Positions 34,134 through 43,588 are shown, counted from the stretch's first letter. The stretch: 64,000 nucleotides of DNA from Oscillospiraceae bacterium (GCA_015063485.1 SVUA01000002.1:1454-65453); one strand, 5' to 3'. Numbers and translations: made by a program. The notes: generated from the sequence alone by a model not told the origin.

Positions 34134-35162
34134 TCATTCGTCAGCCTTCTTTTGAGCTTTCTTTCGCTCGGCAAGAGAAGCAAGAGTTGCTTCCATGTCC
34201 GAGGTAAGATCGGCTTCCGAAAAAGCGATAGCCTGACGGATAGCGTTCTTGAACGCCTTGGCGTCCGACGATCCGTGAGCCTTTATTACAGGCTTGGATA
34301 TACCCAAAATAGGAGCTCCGCCAAACTCACGCGTGTCAAATTTTTTCTTAACGTCTTTTATCTGGTGTTGAACCATCAGTGCGCAGACCTTGGTCTTTGT
34401 ATTCGTGTAAAAAATACCCTTCAGGGTCTTGAGCATAAGCTTGCCCATGCCCTCCATGGTCTTTAGGAAGATATTTCCCGTAAATCCGTCGGCTACAAGA
34501 ACGTCGCAAACGTTCGACATCACGCGATTTCCCTCTACGTTTCCGACAAAATTTATATCCTCGTTTTCTCTCAAAAGCTTGTACGTGTCGACCTGAAGCT
34601 GTGTTCCCTTATGTTCCTCTTCTCCGTTATTTAAAAGTCCTACTCTTGGATTCTCAAGTCCGTGAATGTATTTCATATACGCAGAACCCATTACGGCAAA
34701 CTGCTCAAGATATTCGGGCGTTACCGAAATATTAGCTCCCGAATCGAGAAGAAGAACGGGTGGCTGCATGGGCAAAAGAGCCGCGATTGCGGGACGTCTC
34801 AAATTCTTCATCTTGCGGACTATAAGCGTCGAGCCCGTAAAGAGCGCGCCCGTATTGCCCGTACTTACTACGGCGTCTCCCTTACTCTCCGCAAGCATAC
34901 GGAGTGCCACACTCATCGACGAGTCGGATTTTGAACGAGTTACGCTTATCGGATCGTCGTCCATAGTAATTACCGTCGGTGTATCGACTATTTCAAAATC
35001 GTCGAGAGATATATTATTCGCATCTGCCGCCGCCAAAAGCTCGTCCTTTATTCCGACTAATATGTATTTTGCATCAAATTCCTTTGCCGCAAGAGCTACG
35101 CCCTTGACGGTCTCTGCGGGCGCTTTATCTCCGCCCATCATATCTACGATAATAGTTTTCAT
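34134..35162 (-). CDS. plsX: phosphate acyltransferase PlsX
   Basis: The motifs IIVDMMGGDKAP.., ..STGNTGAL.. and ..KAHGSSD.. are typical of PlsX. The rnc-plsX neighbourhood is conserved. Confidence 0.9.
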   Translation of the reverse strand: MKTIIVDMMGGDKAPAETVKGVALAAKEFDAKYILVGIKDELLAAADANNISLDDFEIVDTPTVITMDDDPISVTRSKSDSSMSVALRMLAESKGDAVVSTGNTGALFTGSTLIVRKMKNLRRPAIAALLPMQPPVLLLDSGANISVTPEYLEQFAVMGSAYMKYIHGLENPRVGLLNNGEEEHKGTQLQVDTYKLLRENEDINFVGNVEGNRVMSNVCDVLVADGFTGNIFLKTMEGMGKLMLKTLKGIFYTNTKTKVCALMVQHQIKDVKKKFDTREFGGAPILGISKPVIKAHGSSDAKAFKNAIRQAIAFSEADLTSDMEATLASLAERKKAQKKADE

Positions 35163-35253
35163 TTTTTACCTCCGCATTTGCTAAATGTGCTAAGGTCAAT
35201 TAAAATAATTTTGTGTCTGCTTTGTATTTTTGGATATGTCACCAAATGTAATA

Positions 35254-35541
35254 TTCAAATTTTTATTTGTCGAGCAGTATGTGTTCGCACTAACCATGAG
35301 CCTTCTCCAGCGTGAGAATCTTGTTGCAAGCAACAGCCAAGTCCGACAAGTCGGACATTGGGTGGATTTTGCGAAGCAAAAGACGGATGAGGAGATCGTC
35401 GTTTAGTTTTTTTAAACCGTGTTCTCCTCATCAGTCGCTATCGCGACAGCTTCTCCGCTGGAGAAGCCCTTGGTTCTAACCGTTCACTTTTAATTTCGCC
35501 GTTTTAATATTTCAATCTTCTCGACAAATTACAATTCATTT
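35254..35541 (-). repeat. TIR-bounded modular palindromic intergenic element, diverged copy E7 (carries cruciform module C)
   Basis: The ends TTCAAATTTTTATTTGTCGAG and CTCGACAAATTACAATTCATTT are diverged versions of the family termini. The right ~75 bp align with copy E5. The interior at 35298-35469 is cruciform module copy 1. Confidence 0.65.
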
Positions 35542-35551
35542 AAGTATCAAT

Positions 35552-36889
35552 TCAATTTTCCTTTTTCAAAAGAAAATCGAACTTTTCTATCTCCTCAAGA
35601 GAACGAGCCGCTAAAGCCTCATTTTTGGCTACCTTTCCGCCCTTAACTCTATGCGGCAAAGGTTCTATAATACCGAAATTCGCATTCATCGGAACGAACG
35701 ACGAGTTTCCGCCGTTTTTAACGTAATCCGCCATCGCGCCTATCATGGTAGTTCGCGGAAAAACTATCGGCTCAAGTCCTTGAGCTCTGCGCGCGGCATT
35801 GAGTCCCGCAACGAATCCCGAGCCTGCAGACTCTATATAACCCTCAACTCCCGTCATCTGCCCCGCAAAGCGTATATCCTCGCGGCCTATGAGCGCATAG
35901 GTAGCATCAAGAAGTCCGGGGGAATTCAAGTAAGTGTTTCTATGCATAATTCCGTAGCGCAAAAACTCCGCATTTTCAAGTCCGGGTATCATTCGAAATA
36001 CCCTTCTCTGCTCGGGAAAACTCAAATGAGTTTGGAATCCGACGAGATTATACATAGTTCCCTCCGCATTTTCGCGGCGAAGCTGTACTACCGCGTGCGA
36101 CTGCTTACCCGTACGCTTATCAATAAGTCCGACGGGTTTGAGCGGTCCAAACAAAAGCGTATCACGACCGCGTTTCGCCATTACCTCAACGGGCATACAC
36201 CCCTCAAACACCTTGAGCTTTTTCTGTTCCTCGCGGTCAAAATCCTTTAAGGGCGCTTCCTCTGCCGAGATAAGCTCTTGCCAAAAAGCGTTGTACTGCT
36301 CTTCTGTCATCGGGCAGTTTATGTAATCCGCGTCTCCCTTGTCGTAACGTGAAGCAAAGAACGCGACTTCCATATTGATAGTTTCAGCATCAACGATAGG
36401 CGCTGCCGCATCAAAGAAGTGAAGCGAGCCGCAACCGAGTCCGTTTGAGATATAGTCCGCCATCTTGTCGGACGTCAAAGGTCCTGTCGCTATAACAGTG
36501 ACCTCTCCGTCAGTAACTCCGTCGGCTTCCTTTGAAATTATCTCTATGTCGGGACAATTCTTTATTTTTTCGGTAATATACGCGGAAAATTTCTCACGGT
36601 CAACGGCAAGTGCCGAACCCGCGGGAACGCGCGTTGAGTCAGCCGCTTCCATTATGAGCGAGCCCATACGGCGCAATTCCTCTTTGAGAAGTCCTACGGC
36701 GTTGGAAACACTGTCGGAACGCAAGGAGTTCGAGCACACAAGCTCGGCAAAGCCTTCCGAATGATGCGCGGGAGTGTACTTTTCGGGCTTCATTTCATAA
36801 AGGCGTACGCGCGCTCCCGCGCGCACCGCTTGCCACGCCGCCTCGCAGCCCGCAAGTCCCGCGCCGTAAACAGTAACAGTTTTTTTCAT
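35552..36889 (-). CDS. trmFO: methylenetetrahydrofolate--tRNA-(uracil-5-)-methyltransferase TrmFO
   Basis: Carries the FAD motif VYGAGLAGCEAAWQ and the ..ELVCSNSLR.. and ..FAGQMTGVEGYIESA.. segments typical of TrmFO/Gid. Confidence 0.9.
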   Translation of the reverse strand: MKKTVTVYGAGLAGCEAAWQAVRAGARVRLYEMKPEKYTPAHHSEGFAELVCSNSLRSDSVSNAVGLLKEELRRMGSLIMEAADSTRVPAGSALAVDREKFSAYITEKIKNCPDIEIISKEADGVTDGEVTVIATGPLTSDKMADYISNGLGCGSLHFFDAAAPIVDAETINMEVAFFASRYDKGDADYINCPMTEEQYNAFWQELISAEEAPLKDFDREEQKKLKVFEGCMPVEVMAKRGRDTLLFGPLKPVGLIDKRTGKQSHAVVQLRRENAEGTMYNLVGFQTHLSFPEQRRVFRMIPGLENAEFLRYGIMHRNTYLNSPGLLDATYALIGREDIRFAGQMTGVEGYIESAGSGFVAGLNAARRAQGLEPIVFPRTTMIGAMADYVKNGGNSSFVPMNANFGIIEPLPHRVKGGKVAKNEALAARSLEEIEKFDFLLKKEN

Positions 36890-36904
36890 ATTTTTCCGTA
36901 TAAA

Positions 36905-39187
36905 TTATTCTTTTTCGTTTTCTATCGGCTTTTTAAATCCGCAATCCTTATTATGACAAACGAGCATGGACTGTCCTTTCTTGCGGAAAAGAAGTCCTCC
37001 GCAATCGGGACACTTTTCATTCACGGGAAGATCCCAAGACGAAAAATCACATTCGGGATACTTTTCACAGCTATAAAATACGGTACGGTTTCTGCCCGTT
37101 TTCATAACTATTTTTGAAGCGCACTTCGGACACGAAACACCGATATCGCGTGTTTTCTGTTTTGTAAAGTTACACTCGGGATAACGGCTGCAAGCAAAGA
37201 AGCTTCCGAACTTGCCGCTTCTCTGAACCATATCCGAACCACACTTTTCACACTTGAAGTCGGCAATAACGACCTTCTTTTCCGCTGCCTTTTCCTCGCC
37301 CTCTGTGTTTGTGTTCGTATTCAAAGGCTTTGTATTCTTACACTGCGGATAATTCGGACAAGCCGCGAATTTTCCGAAGCGACCGTTCTTTACTATCATC
37401 TTGCTTCCGCACTTGTCACAGATGATGTCGGTCTCCTCAACGGGTATCTCAAGTTCTTCGGTCTTGATATTCTCATTAGCCTTTTCAAGCTCACGCTCAA
37501 AATCGCGCCAGAAGCCCTCAAGCACGGAGTTCATTTCCTTCTCGCCGTTCTCAATACTGTCAAGGTCAGTCTCCATCTGCGCCGTAAAGCGATAGTTCAC
37601 GATATCGGGGAAATGATCCTTCATAAGCTTGTTGGTAAGCTCTCCCGTAGGAGTAGGAACGAGAGATTTTCCCTCTCTCTTAACGTAATTTCTCGTTATA
37701 ATAGTCGTGATGATAGTAGCAAAGGTACTCGGACGTCCGATCCCCATCTCCTCAAGAAATTTGATGAGAGACGCGTCGTTATAGCGTGCGGGAGGCTCGG
37801 TAAAGTGCTTATCGGGCGTAATACCGCCATACTTAACGGTCTGTCCTTCCTTTACGTCGGGAAGACGGATATTCTTCTGTTCGCTGACCTCGTCCGCGCT
37901 TACGCGGGTATCGTCCTCGCTCTCCTCGTAAACAGCCATATATCCTTGGAAATCAACGGTATATCCGCTCGTACGGAAGATATATCCCGAAGCTTCGAAA
38001 TCGGCGGTAACGGTAGAAAGCACCGCGGACTCCATCTGGCTTGCGACAAATCTCTCCCAGATAAGCTTATAAAGCTTGAATTGGTCGAGAGTAAGATATT
38101 TCTTTATCTTTGCGGGTTCGATGTCAACGCGAGTGGGGCGTATAGCCTCGTGAGCGTCCTGCGCGCCCGCGCGCATCTTATAAACTCTGGGAGTTGCGGG
38201 ACAATATTTGTCGCCGTACTTTTCAAATATATAATTCTTTGCATCTGCCTGCGCATCTGCGGAAACTCTTAACGAATCGGTACGCATATAGGTAATAAGA
38301 CCCTGTACCCCGCCGTTTTCCGAGCCGATATTTACACCCTCGTAAAGCTCCTGCGCTATTCGCATGATACGTTGAGACTGGAAGCCGAGCTTACGCGATG
38401 CTTCCTGTTGCATAGTCGACGTCGTAAAGGGAGGAGCGGGAAGCTTCTTTTTCTTTGACTTTTTAACAGCCGCAACCGAAAAATCCTTGCCCTCGACAGC
38501 GTTTACGACTCTCATAGCGTCGTCCTCGCAATTAAGCTTTACTCTTCCGTTTTTATCGCCGTAAAAGCGAACCGCAAACTCGTGTCCGTCAGCAGAAACA
38601 AGCGTTGCGTCTACCGTCCAATATTCAACGGGTACGAATGAGCGTATCTCCTCCTCGCGCTCAACTATGATGCGGGTCGCAACAGACTGTACGCGTCCCG
38701 CGGAAAGTCCGCTGCGTACGTTCTTCCAAAGGAACGGAGAAAGCTTGTATCCAAGTATTCTATCGAGTATTCTTCTCGCCTGTTGAGCATTTACAAGGTT
38801 CATATCGATAGTTTTGGGGGATTTTATAGCGCTCTTTACCGCATTTTTTGTAATTTCATTAAAGCTTACTCGGAGCGTTTTCTCAACGGGTATTCCAAGC
38901 GCCGCGGCAAGATGCCAAGAAATAGCCTCTCCCTCGCGGTCAGGGTCGGTCGCTAAAAATACTTTGTTTGCGTTTTTAGCTTCCTTACGTATCTCACGGA
39001 TAAGGTCGCCCTTTCCGCGAATATTGATATAATGCGCGTCAAAATTGTTTTCGATATCGACACCGAGCGAGCTTTTGGGAAGATCGCGCACGTGTCCTTT
39101 AGACGCTATTACCTTATAATTAGATCCAAGATATCCCTTTATCGTAGATGCCTTGGAAGGTGACTCCACTATAACAAGATTTGCCAT
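36905..39187 (-). CDS. topA: DNA topoisomerase I
   Basis: The Toprim domain is LVIVESPSKA and the active-site region is ITYMRTDS. There are several C-terminal C4 zinc-ribbon repeats (CDKCGSKM..CPNYPQC, CEKCGSDM..CSRYPEC, CPKCASKI..CEKYPEC, CPDCGG..). Confidence 0.95.
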   Translation of the reverse strand: MANLVIVESPSKASTIKGYLGSNYKVIASKGHVRDLPKSSLGVDIENNFDAHYINIRGKGDLIREIRKEAKNANKVFLATDPDREGEAISWHLAAALGIPVEKTLRVSFNEITKNAVKSAIKSPKTIDMNLVNAQQARRILDRILGYKLSPFLWKNVRSGLSAGRVQSVATRIIVEREEEIRSFVPVEYWTVDATLVSADGHEFAVRFYGDKNGRVKLNCEDDAMRVVNAVEGKDFSVAAVKKSKKKKLPAPPFTTSTMQQEASRKLGFQSQRIMRIAQELYEGVNIGSENGGVQGLITYMRTDSLRVSADAQADAKNYIFEKYGDKYCPATPRVYKMRAGAQDAHEAIRPTRVDIEPAKIKKYLTLDQFKLYKLIWERFVASQMESAVLSTVTADFEASGYIFRTSGYTVDFQGYMAVYEESEDDTRVSADEVSEQKNIRLPDVKEGQTVKYGGITPDKHFTEPPARYNDASLIKFLEEMGIGRPSTFATIITTIITRNYVKREGKSLVPTPTGELTNKLMKDHFPDIVNYRFTAQMETDLDSIENGEKEMNSVLEGFWRDFERELEKANENIKTEELEIPVEETDIICDKCGSKMIVKNGRFGKFAACPNYPQCKNTKPLNTNTNTEGEEKAAEKKVVIADFKCEKCGSDMVQRSGKFGSFFACSRYPECNFTKQKTRDIGVSCPKCASKIVMKTGRNRTVFYSCEKYPECDFSSWDLPVNEKCPDCGGLLFRKKGQSMLVCHNKDCGFKKPIENEKE

Positions 39188-39246
39188 GAATTTGCATATA
39201 TCCTTTCTGAAAAAATGCGTTAATCTAAAATTTATAAAAACCGTCT

Positions 39247-40590
39247 TTAATTGCGCACGTATGCTCCGCCGGGAAGCGAAGACACGAGTCCCGCAAGCTC
39301 AAGCATTGTAAGCGCCGTTATCACGTCGCCTACGTCGAGTCCGCGCGCCGCTATAACGTCGGCGGTCACGCTGCTTTTATCGGACGGCATATATTCATAC
39401 ACCTTTTGCGACACGTTGTCAAGAGAAGCGAGTATCTCCTTGCGTTTGATATCGTCTCCGTCGTTTTGCATCGCTTGTTCTTTTGCCGTATCGGTTACGG
39501 CTTTTACATTCTTTTGAGATGCAAAATTCTTTTGCTCCGACGTTTCATTTTTTGTCTGAACATAAGAAGCTTCTTCTGTTTCAATATTTGTGCCGCCCTC
39601 ATAGCGTTCCCCGTATTTTTTCCATGAAACGCCGTATCTTGAGAGCGCTCTTTCGCTTACAAGCGAATCGTTCTTTGCCCGCGCATGCGCTCTTCTGTCT
39701 ATAACGTCGCGGTAAAGAAAATTATAATGGTCGAGAATATCGTCGCTGCCAAGCGCGACATTCGCTCCCTGTCTTATCAAGAGATTAGGTCCGTCCGAGT
39801 TGCTCTCGTTGACCTTACCGGGAAGCGCGAAAAGCTCTCTTCCCTGATCTATCGCTCTTGACGCGGTTATCATCGCTCCGCTTTTTACGGAACATTCGAT
39901 TATTAAAGTGCCTTGACAAAGTCCGCTGATTATGCGGTTTCTTTTTGGAAAATTGTACCCGTGCGCGATCTCATCAGGCGGATATTCGGAGATAACCGCT
40001 CCCCTTTTGGCTATTATCTGCATGAGCTTTTTATGCTGACGGGGATAAACGACGGATATTCCGCAACCAAGCACGGCAACAGTCTCACCGCCCGCTTCAA
40101 GCGCCCCGCAAGCGCAGACCGAGTCAATGCCGAGCGCCATTCCGCTTACGACTACAACTCCCGCCGAAGCAAGCTCGTAGGCTATGCCGTACGACGTCTG
40201 CATTCCGTATTCGCTCATTTTTCTCGTTCCGACCATGCCTATACACAAGCGCGTATTAAAGTCGGGAAATCTTCCGAGACAGTAAAGCAAAACGGGCGGG
40301 TCTTCAATAGCGCGAAGCCTTGCGGGATATCTTTTATCGGCATAAGTGATTATATCCGCTTTTTCCTTTTGACAGGTCTTTAATATAGAATACGCAGTCT
40401 CAAGCGATTTATCACAGAGTTTTTCCTTTAAAGTCCGTCCTATTCCGTCAAGATGCTCTATCTCCTCTTCGTCCATACGATAAAGCTCAAACGGATCGTC
40501 ATGAGCCGCAACGAGTTTGCCGAATTCTCTCGACGCAACGCCGAATTTTTCCGAAAGCCATATCCAATATAAAATCTTATCGTCTCTCAT
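39247..40590 (-). CDS. dprA: DNA-processing protein DprA (Smf)
   Basis: The Rossmann-like core is ..VVSGMALGIDS..AVLGCGI..YP.. and ..IISGL..GTLIIE. A low-complexity linker and a C-terminal winged-helix-like segment follow. Confidence 0.85.
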   Translation of the reverse strand: MRDDKILYWIWLSEKFGVASREFGKLVAAHDDPFELYRMDEEEIEHLDGIGRTLKEKLCDKSLETAYSILKTCQKEKADIITYADKRYPARLRAIEDPPVLLYCLGRFPDFNTRLCIGMVGTRKMSEYGMQTSYGIAYELASAGVVVVSGMALGIDSVCACGALEAGGETVAVLGCGISVVYPRQHKKLMQIIAKRGAVISEYPPDEIAHGYNFPKRNRIISGLCQGTLIIECSVKSGAMITASRAIDQGRELFALPGKVNESNSDGPNLLIRQGANVALGSDDILDHYNFLYRDVIDRRAHARAKNDSLVSERALSRYGVSWKKYGERYEGGTNIETEEASYVQTKNETSEQKNFASQKNVKAVTDTAKEQAMQNDGDDIKRKEILASLDNVSQKVYEYMPSDKSSVTADVIAARGLDVGDVITALTMLELAGLVSSLPGGAYVRN

Positions 40591-40613
40591 GGCGACCTCC
40601 CAGTATCTTAACT

Positions 40614-41453
40614 TTAACGCTTACGAACAGTCTCCCATATGCATATAGCCGCCGCTGCCGCCGCGTTGAGTGATTCCGCGCCCTCTGACATCGGAATAAT
40701 GGCGCAAGAAGTACACGCGTTTATGACCTCTTCGCTAAGACCATGACCCTCGTTACCGATAACGAACGCGTCTCCCGCGGACATCTCGATAGCGTCTATA
40801 TTCAACGCCTCGCGATGCAAAGCCGCGGCGTATATCCGTCTTCCGTTCTTTCTCAAAAGCTCTATCGCGTACGGCATTTGCGAAAGAGGGACCGTTACTG
40901 TCTTTTGCTTGAAAAGCGCGCCCATAGCGGCTCTTACCGTTCGAGGCGAGTATATATCGGCACAATCATCTGTAAGGATAAGCCTGTCTATCCCAAGCGC
41001 CGAACAGCTTCTCATAACTGTTCCGAGGTTGCCCGGATCTCTCAAGGATTCGGCTAAAAGGATTTTCTCACCTACGGAAAGCTCTGATAAAAGCTCCTCG
41101 GCAGAAAGCTTCTTATGAAGCCCATCTTGCATCTTCGCTACGCATATAACTCCCTCGGGCGACTTTTCCTCGCTTATCTTCTCAAAGACCTCGGTACTTA
41201 CGCATACGATCCCCTCTCTCTCCACAAGTCCGCACTCTACGGCATACTCACAAAGAGGTTCAAGGCTTTCTGCCACGTCCTCGCGGATAACGATATTCAA
41301 AAGAGATATATTGCTTTTTACCGCTTCCTCGAAAAGCTTTACGCCATCAAAACGAAAGCTTCCCGTCTGCCGTCTTTTCTTTTTATCAGATAGTGCGCAA
41401 AGCTCCTTTACGAAAGGATTCTGACGTGAGGTAACTGTACGATAAAGGTTCAT
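40614..41453 (-). CDS. TrmH/SpoU family RNA 2'-O-methyltransferase
   Basis: The SpoU motifs ..LRDPGNLGTVMRSCSALG.., ..FVIGNEGHGLS.. and ..IPM..GAESLNAA.. are present. Confidence 0.85.
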   Translation of the reverse strand: MNLYRTVTSRQNPFVKELCALSDKKKRRQTGSFRFDGVKLFEEAVKSNISLLNIVIREDVAESLEPLCEYAVECGLVEREGIVCVSTEVFEKISEEKSPEGVICVAKMQDGLHKKLSAEELLSELSVGEKILLAESLRDPGNLGTVMRSCSALGIDRLILTDDCADIYSPRTVRAAMGALFKQKTVTVPLSQMPYAIELLRKNGRRIYAAALHREALNIDAIEMSAGDAFVIGNEGHGLSEEVINACTSCAIIPMSEGAESLNAAAAAAICIWETVRKR

Positions 41454-41487
41454 TTTTTCTCCGTTTTTTCACCTTAAATTAGTACAA

Positions 41488-41514
41488 ATAAAACCCCGTG
41501 AAAACGGGGTTTTA
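41488..41514. terminator. hairpin terminator after rplT
   Basis: The sequence is AAAACCCCGT-GAAA-ACGGGGTTTT. Confidence 0.7.
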
Positions 41515-41522
41515 AATTGTAC

Positions 41523-41876
41523 TTAAAGTGCTGCCTTTGCCTTTGCTACGAGAGCTGCGAACGCAGCCTTATCCGACACTGCGAGTTCAGAAAGCATCTT
41601 TCTGTTGAGGTCGATACCAGCGAGCTTAAGACCGTGCATAAAGGTGGAATAGTTCATTCCGTTTGCCTTTGCTTCTGCAGAGATACGAGCGATCCAGAGG
41701 CTTCTGAAATCTCTCTTCTTCATCTTTCTTCCTGCGAAAGCATAGTTTCCGCTCTTGAGTACGGCTTGCTTTGCCATCTTGAAATGCTTGGACTTTGCGC
41801 CCCAGTATCCCTTTGCAGCCTTAAGAACTTTATTTCTTCTCTTGCGCGTCATCATAGCGCCCTTGATTCTTGCCAT
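41523..41876 (-). CDS. rplT: 50S ribosomal protein L20
   Basis: The N-terminus is [29 protein letters not shown]. Confidence 0.97.
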   Translation of the reverse strand: MARIKGAMMTRKRRNKVLKAAKGYWGAKSKHFKMAKQAVLKSGNYAFAGRKMKKRDFRSLWIARISAEAKANGMNYSTFMHGLKLAGIDLNRKMLSELAVSDKAAFAALVAKAKAAL

Positions 41877-41906
41877 TTTAAATATCCTCCCTTAAATTCT
41901 TCTGTC

Positions 41907-42101
41907 TTACTTCTGGATAAGAGTTCTGATGTTAGCGGTCATCGATTCGCTGAGGATCGCGCTGCTACGCAGATGTCTCTTTCTCTTAGCGGTCTTAAGA
42001 CCGGTGTTGTGTCTGTGATGGCAGTGACCCATCTTTACTTTACCCGATGCGGTAACAGAAAATCTCTTAGCGGATGCTTTATGTGTCTTGACTTTTCCCA
42101 T
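41907..42101 (-). CDS. rpmI: 50S ribosomal protein L35
   Basis: The N-terminus is MGKVKTHKASAKRF. The product is 64 aa and lies between infC and rplT. Confidence 0.95.
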   Translation of the reverse strand: MGKVKTHKASAKRFSVTASGKVKMGHCHHRHNTGLKTAKRKRHLRSSAILSESMTANIRTLIQK

Positions 42102-42188
42102 TTTTAATTTTCTCCTTTTTATATTTGTGATTGCGGCGTCGCCGATATATCATAAATCACGGTCTTTGCCGAGCTATTATGAACTGTG

Positions 42189-42707
42189 TTATTTTTGCTT
42201 GACGGGTGTTATCACCATGCTCAATATTCTTCCGTCGAGCACGGGATCTTTATCAACGCTGCCAAGCTCAGAGCAGGTATCGCGGAACTTCTGCATGATT
42301 TCCTGACCGATAGCGATGTGACTCATCTCTCTGCCCTTAAAGCGCATGACTACACGAACCTTATTACCGTCTGTCAAGAACCTTTGCGCGTGACGAGCCT
42401 TCGTTTCGAAGTCGTGCGTATCGATACGGCAAGAAAGCTGTATCTCCTTAAGTTCGACGGTCTGCTGTTTCTTTTTGGCTTCCTTTTCCTTTTTGTCTCT
42501 CTCGAAACGGAATTTGCCGTAATCCATAATACGACATACAGGCGGCTGTGCCTGAGGAGCCATCAGTACCAGGTCGTATCCCTGATCGTAAGCGATCTTA
42601 AGTGCTGCTTCCGAGGTCATTATTCCGATGGGGTTACCCTCCGTGTCAACTACACGTACCTCTTTTAATTTGATCGCCTCGTTGATCAACATTTCTTTTG
42701 CGCTAAT
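42189..42707 (-). CDS. infC: translation initiation factor IF-3 (ATT start codon)
   Basis: The sequence ISAKEMLINEAIKLKEVRVVDTEGNPIG.. is the canonical IF-3 N-terminus. The in-frame ATT at 42707 lies 9 nt after GGAGGTG. The long track ORF reaching 42968 runs through the promoter and leader. A non-AUG start is the known autoregulatory feature of infC. Confidence 0.85.
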   Translation of the reverse strand: MSAKEMLINEAIKLKEVRVVDTEGNPIGIMTSEAALKIAYDQGYDLVLMAPQAQPPVCRIMDYGKFRFERDKKEKEAKKKQQTVELKEIQLSCRIDTHDFETKARHAQRFLTDGNKVRVVMRFKGREMSHIAIGQEIMQKFRDTCSELGSVDKDPVLDGRILSMVITPVKQK

Positions 42708-42880
42708 GTTAAATACACCTCCGTATTTTGCCCTTTGGGCAAAAAAAATCATGCGAGAAGAGAATTTCCCCGCACGACACACACTTTTCACCCACCTATT
42801 TCGCGCGTGAAAAGAAAAAATATCAACCGAGCGCGCTCCATGGCGGCACGGTGAGAACGGAGAGTTCTGCTTCATTTGCT
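42708..42880 (-). promoter_or_regulatory. ~170-nt 5' leader of infC-rpmI-rplT (candidate L20-responsive leader)
   Basis: A long untranslated region lies between a perfect promoter and the infC RBS. It contains GC-rich segments and a GCCC-AAA-GGGC hairpin flanked by T/A runs just before the SD. Firmicute infC operons are known to carry an L20 leader. I did not fold it. Confidence 0.35.
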
Positions 42881-42885
42881 CATGT

Positions 42886-42914
42886 ATTATACCACAACCT
42901 TTTTTGATTGTCAA
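42886..42914 (-). promoter_or_regulatory. consensus sigma-A promoter of the infC operon
   Basis: On the minus strand: TTGACA (42914-42909), 17 nt ending in TGTGG, TATAAT (42891-42886). Confidence 0.7.
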
Positions 42915-42966
42915 GAGTTTTTTGAATTTTTTTGAAAATTTGTTTTTTATAACGAAATAAACAGAC

Positions 42967-43213
42967 AAACAAATTGCGGTTTATCGGGGACGCGATGAGG
43001 AAGACTTTTTTGAAAAACTCCTTCGCTTCGCTACGGGGCATGAACAAAGTTCATGCTCGTCCCCCTCAAACTCCCCTCAAAAACTTTCAAAAACAAGGCT
43101 TTGCATAACCGTTATGGCTATTTTTTTAACTTCTTTTAGGAAGTTTTTTGCCAAGCTTTTTTTCAAAAAAGCGGAAATCGCGTCCTTCGCGTCCCCGATA
43201 AATCAAAATTTGA
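42967..43213 (+). repeat. TIR-bounded modular palindromic intergenic element, copy E3
   Basis: The ends are AAACAAATTGCGGTTTATCGGGGACGCGA and TCGCGTCCCCGATAAATCAAAATTTGAA. These form a 25-nt terminal inverted repeat with 3 mismatches. The internal hairpins are GCATGAAC-AAA-GTTCATGC (43038-43056) and AACTTC..GAAGTT. Confidence 0.85.
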
Positions 43214-43411
43214 AATCTGATCATAAGGGGCAAAAAATCCCACTATTTTCTTTTGCGAAAAAATCAGGACGTGTCTTTGCGTCTCCTTCTACGACAAATG
43301 TCGCACCTTTCTGTATATCGCTCACAAAAATGCGGTCTGTTTTAATAAAAATTTTCTAATATGTATCTTTTTTCACGAAAAAATCTCCAAAAAATCGTTC
43401 AATTTGAACTA

Positions 43412-43440
43412 TTTACAAAATCGAATTTTTAAGTTATAAT
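43412..43440 (+). promoter_or_regulatory. sigma-A type promoter with no ORF downstream
   Basis: TTTACA (43412-43417), 17 nt, TATAAT (43435-43440). Confidence 0.5.
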
Positions 43441-43446
43441 ATTATA

Positions 43447-43588
43447 GCTGTCAGGCGGCACCAAGTCCACAGCGCCACGCACAACGGTCATCGTTCATTT
43501 GCGGAATATCAATCTTATGATACCAACGCGCAGATGAGATCTCGGTTGTGCTTTTTTATTTTTCTCGGAGCTTTTACTCCGTTTTTTT
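43447..43588 (+). ncRNA. candidate small RNA (unknown family) upstream of lon
   Basis: No ORF longer than 6 codons is present. A long imperfect hairpin (GCACAAC..TCATC / GATGA..GTTGTGC) ends in TTTTTTATTTTT at 43552-43563. A second clean terminator follows: CGGAG-CTTTTA-CTCCG + TTTTTTT (43566-43588). Confidence 0.3.

Noticed and set aside
43114-43359. An 81-aa ORF in the infC-lon spacer. Similar cases are the 81-aa ORF at 49453-49698 and the 144-aa ORF at 33318-33752.
   Set aside because: They are generated by repeat elements E3, E4/E5 and D2. They have no RBS, and the last one overlaps rnc on the opposite strand.
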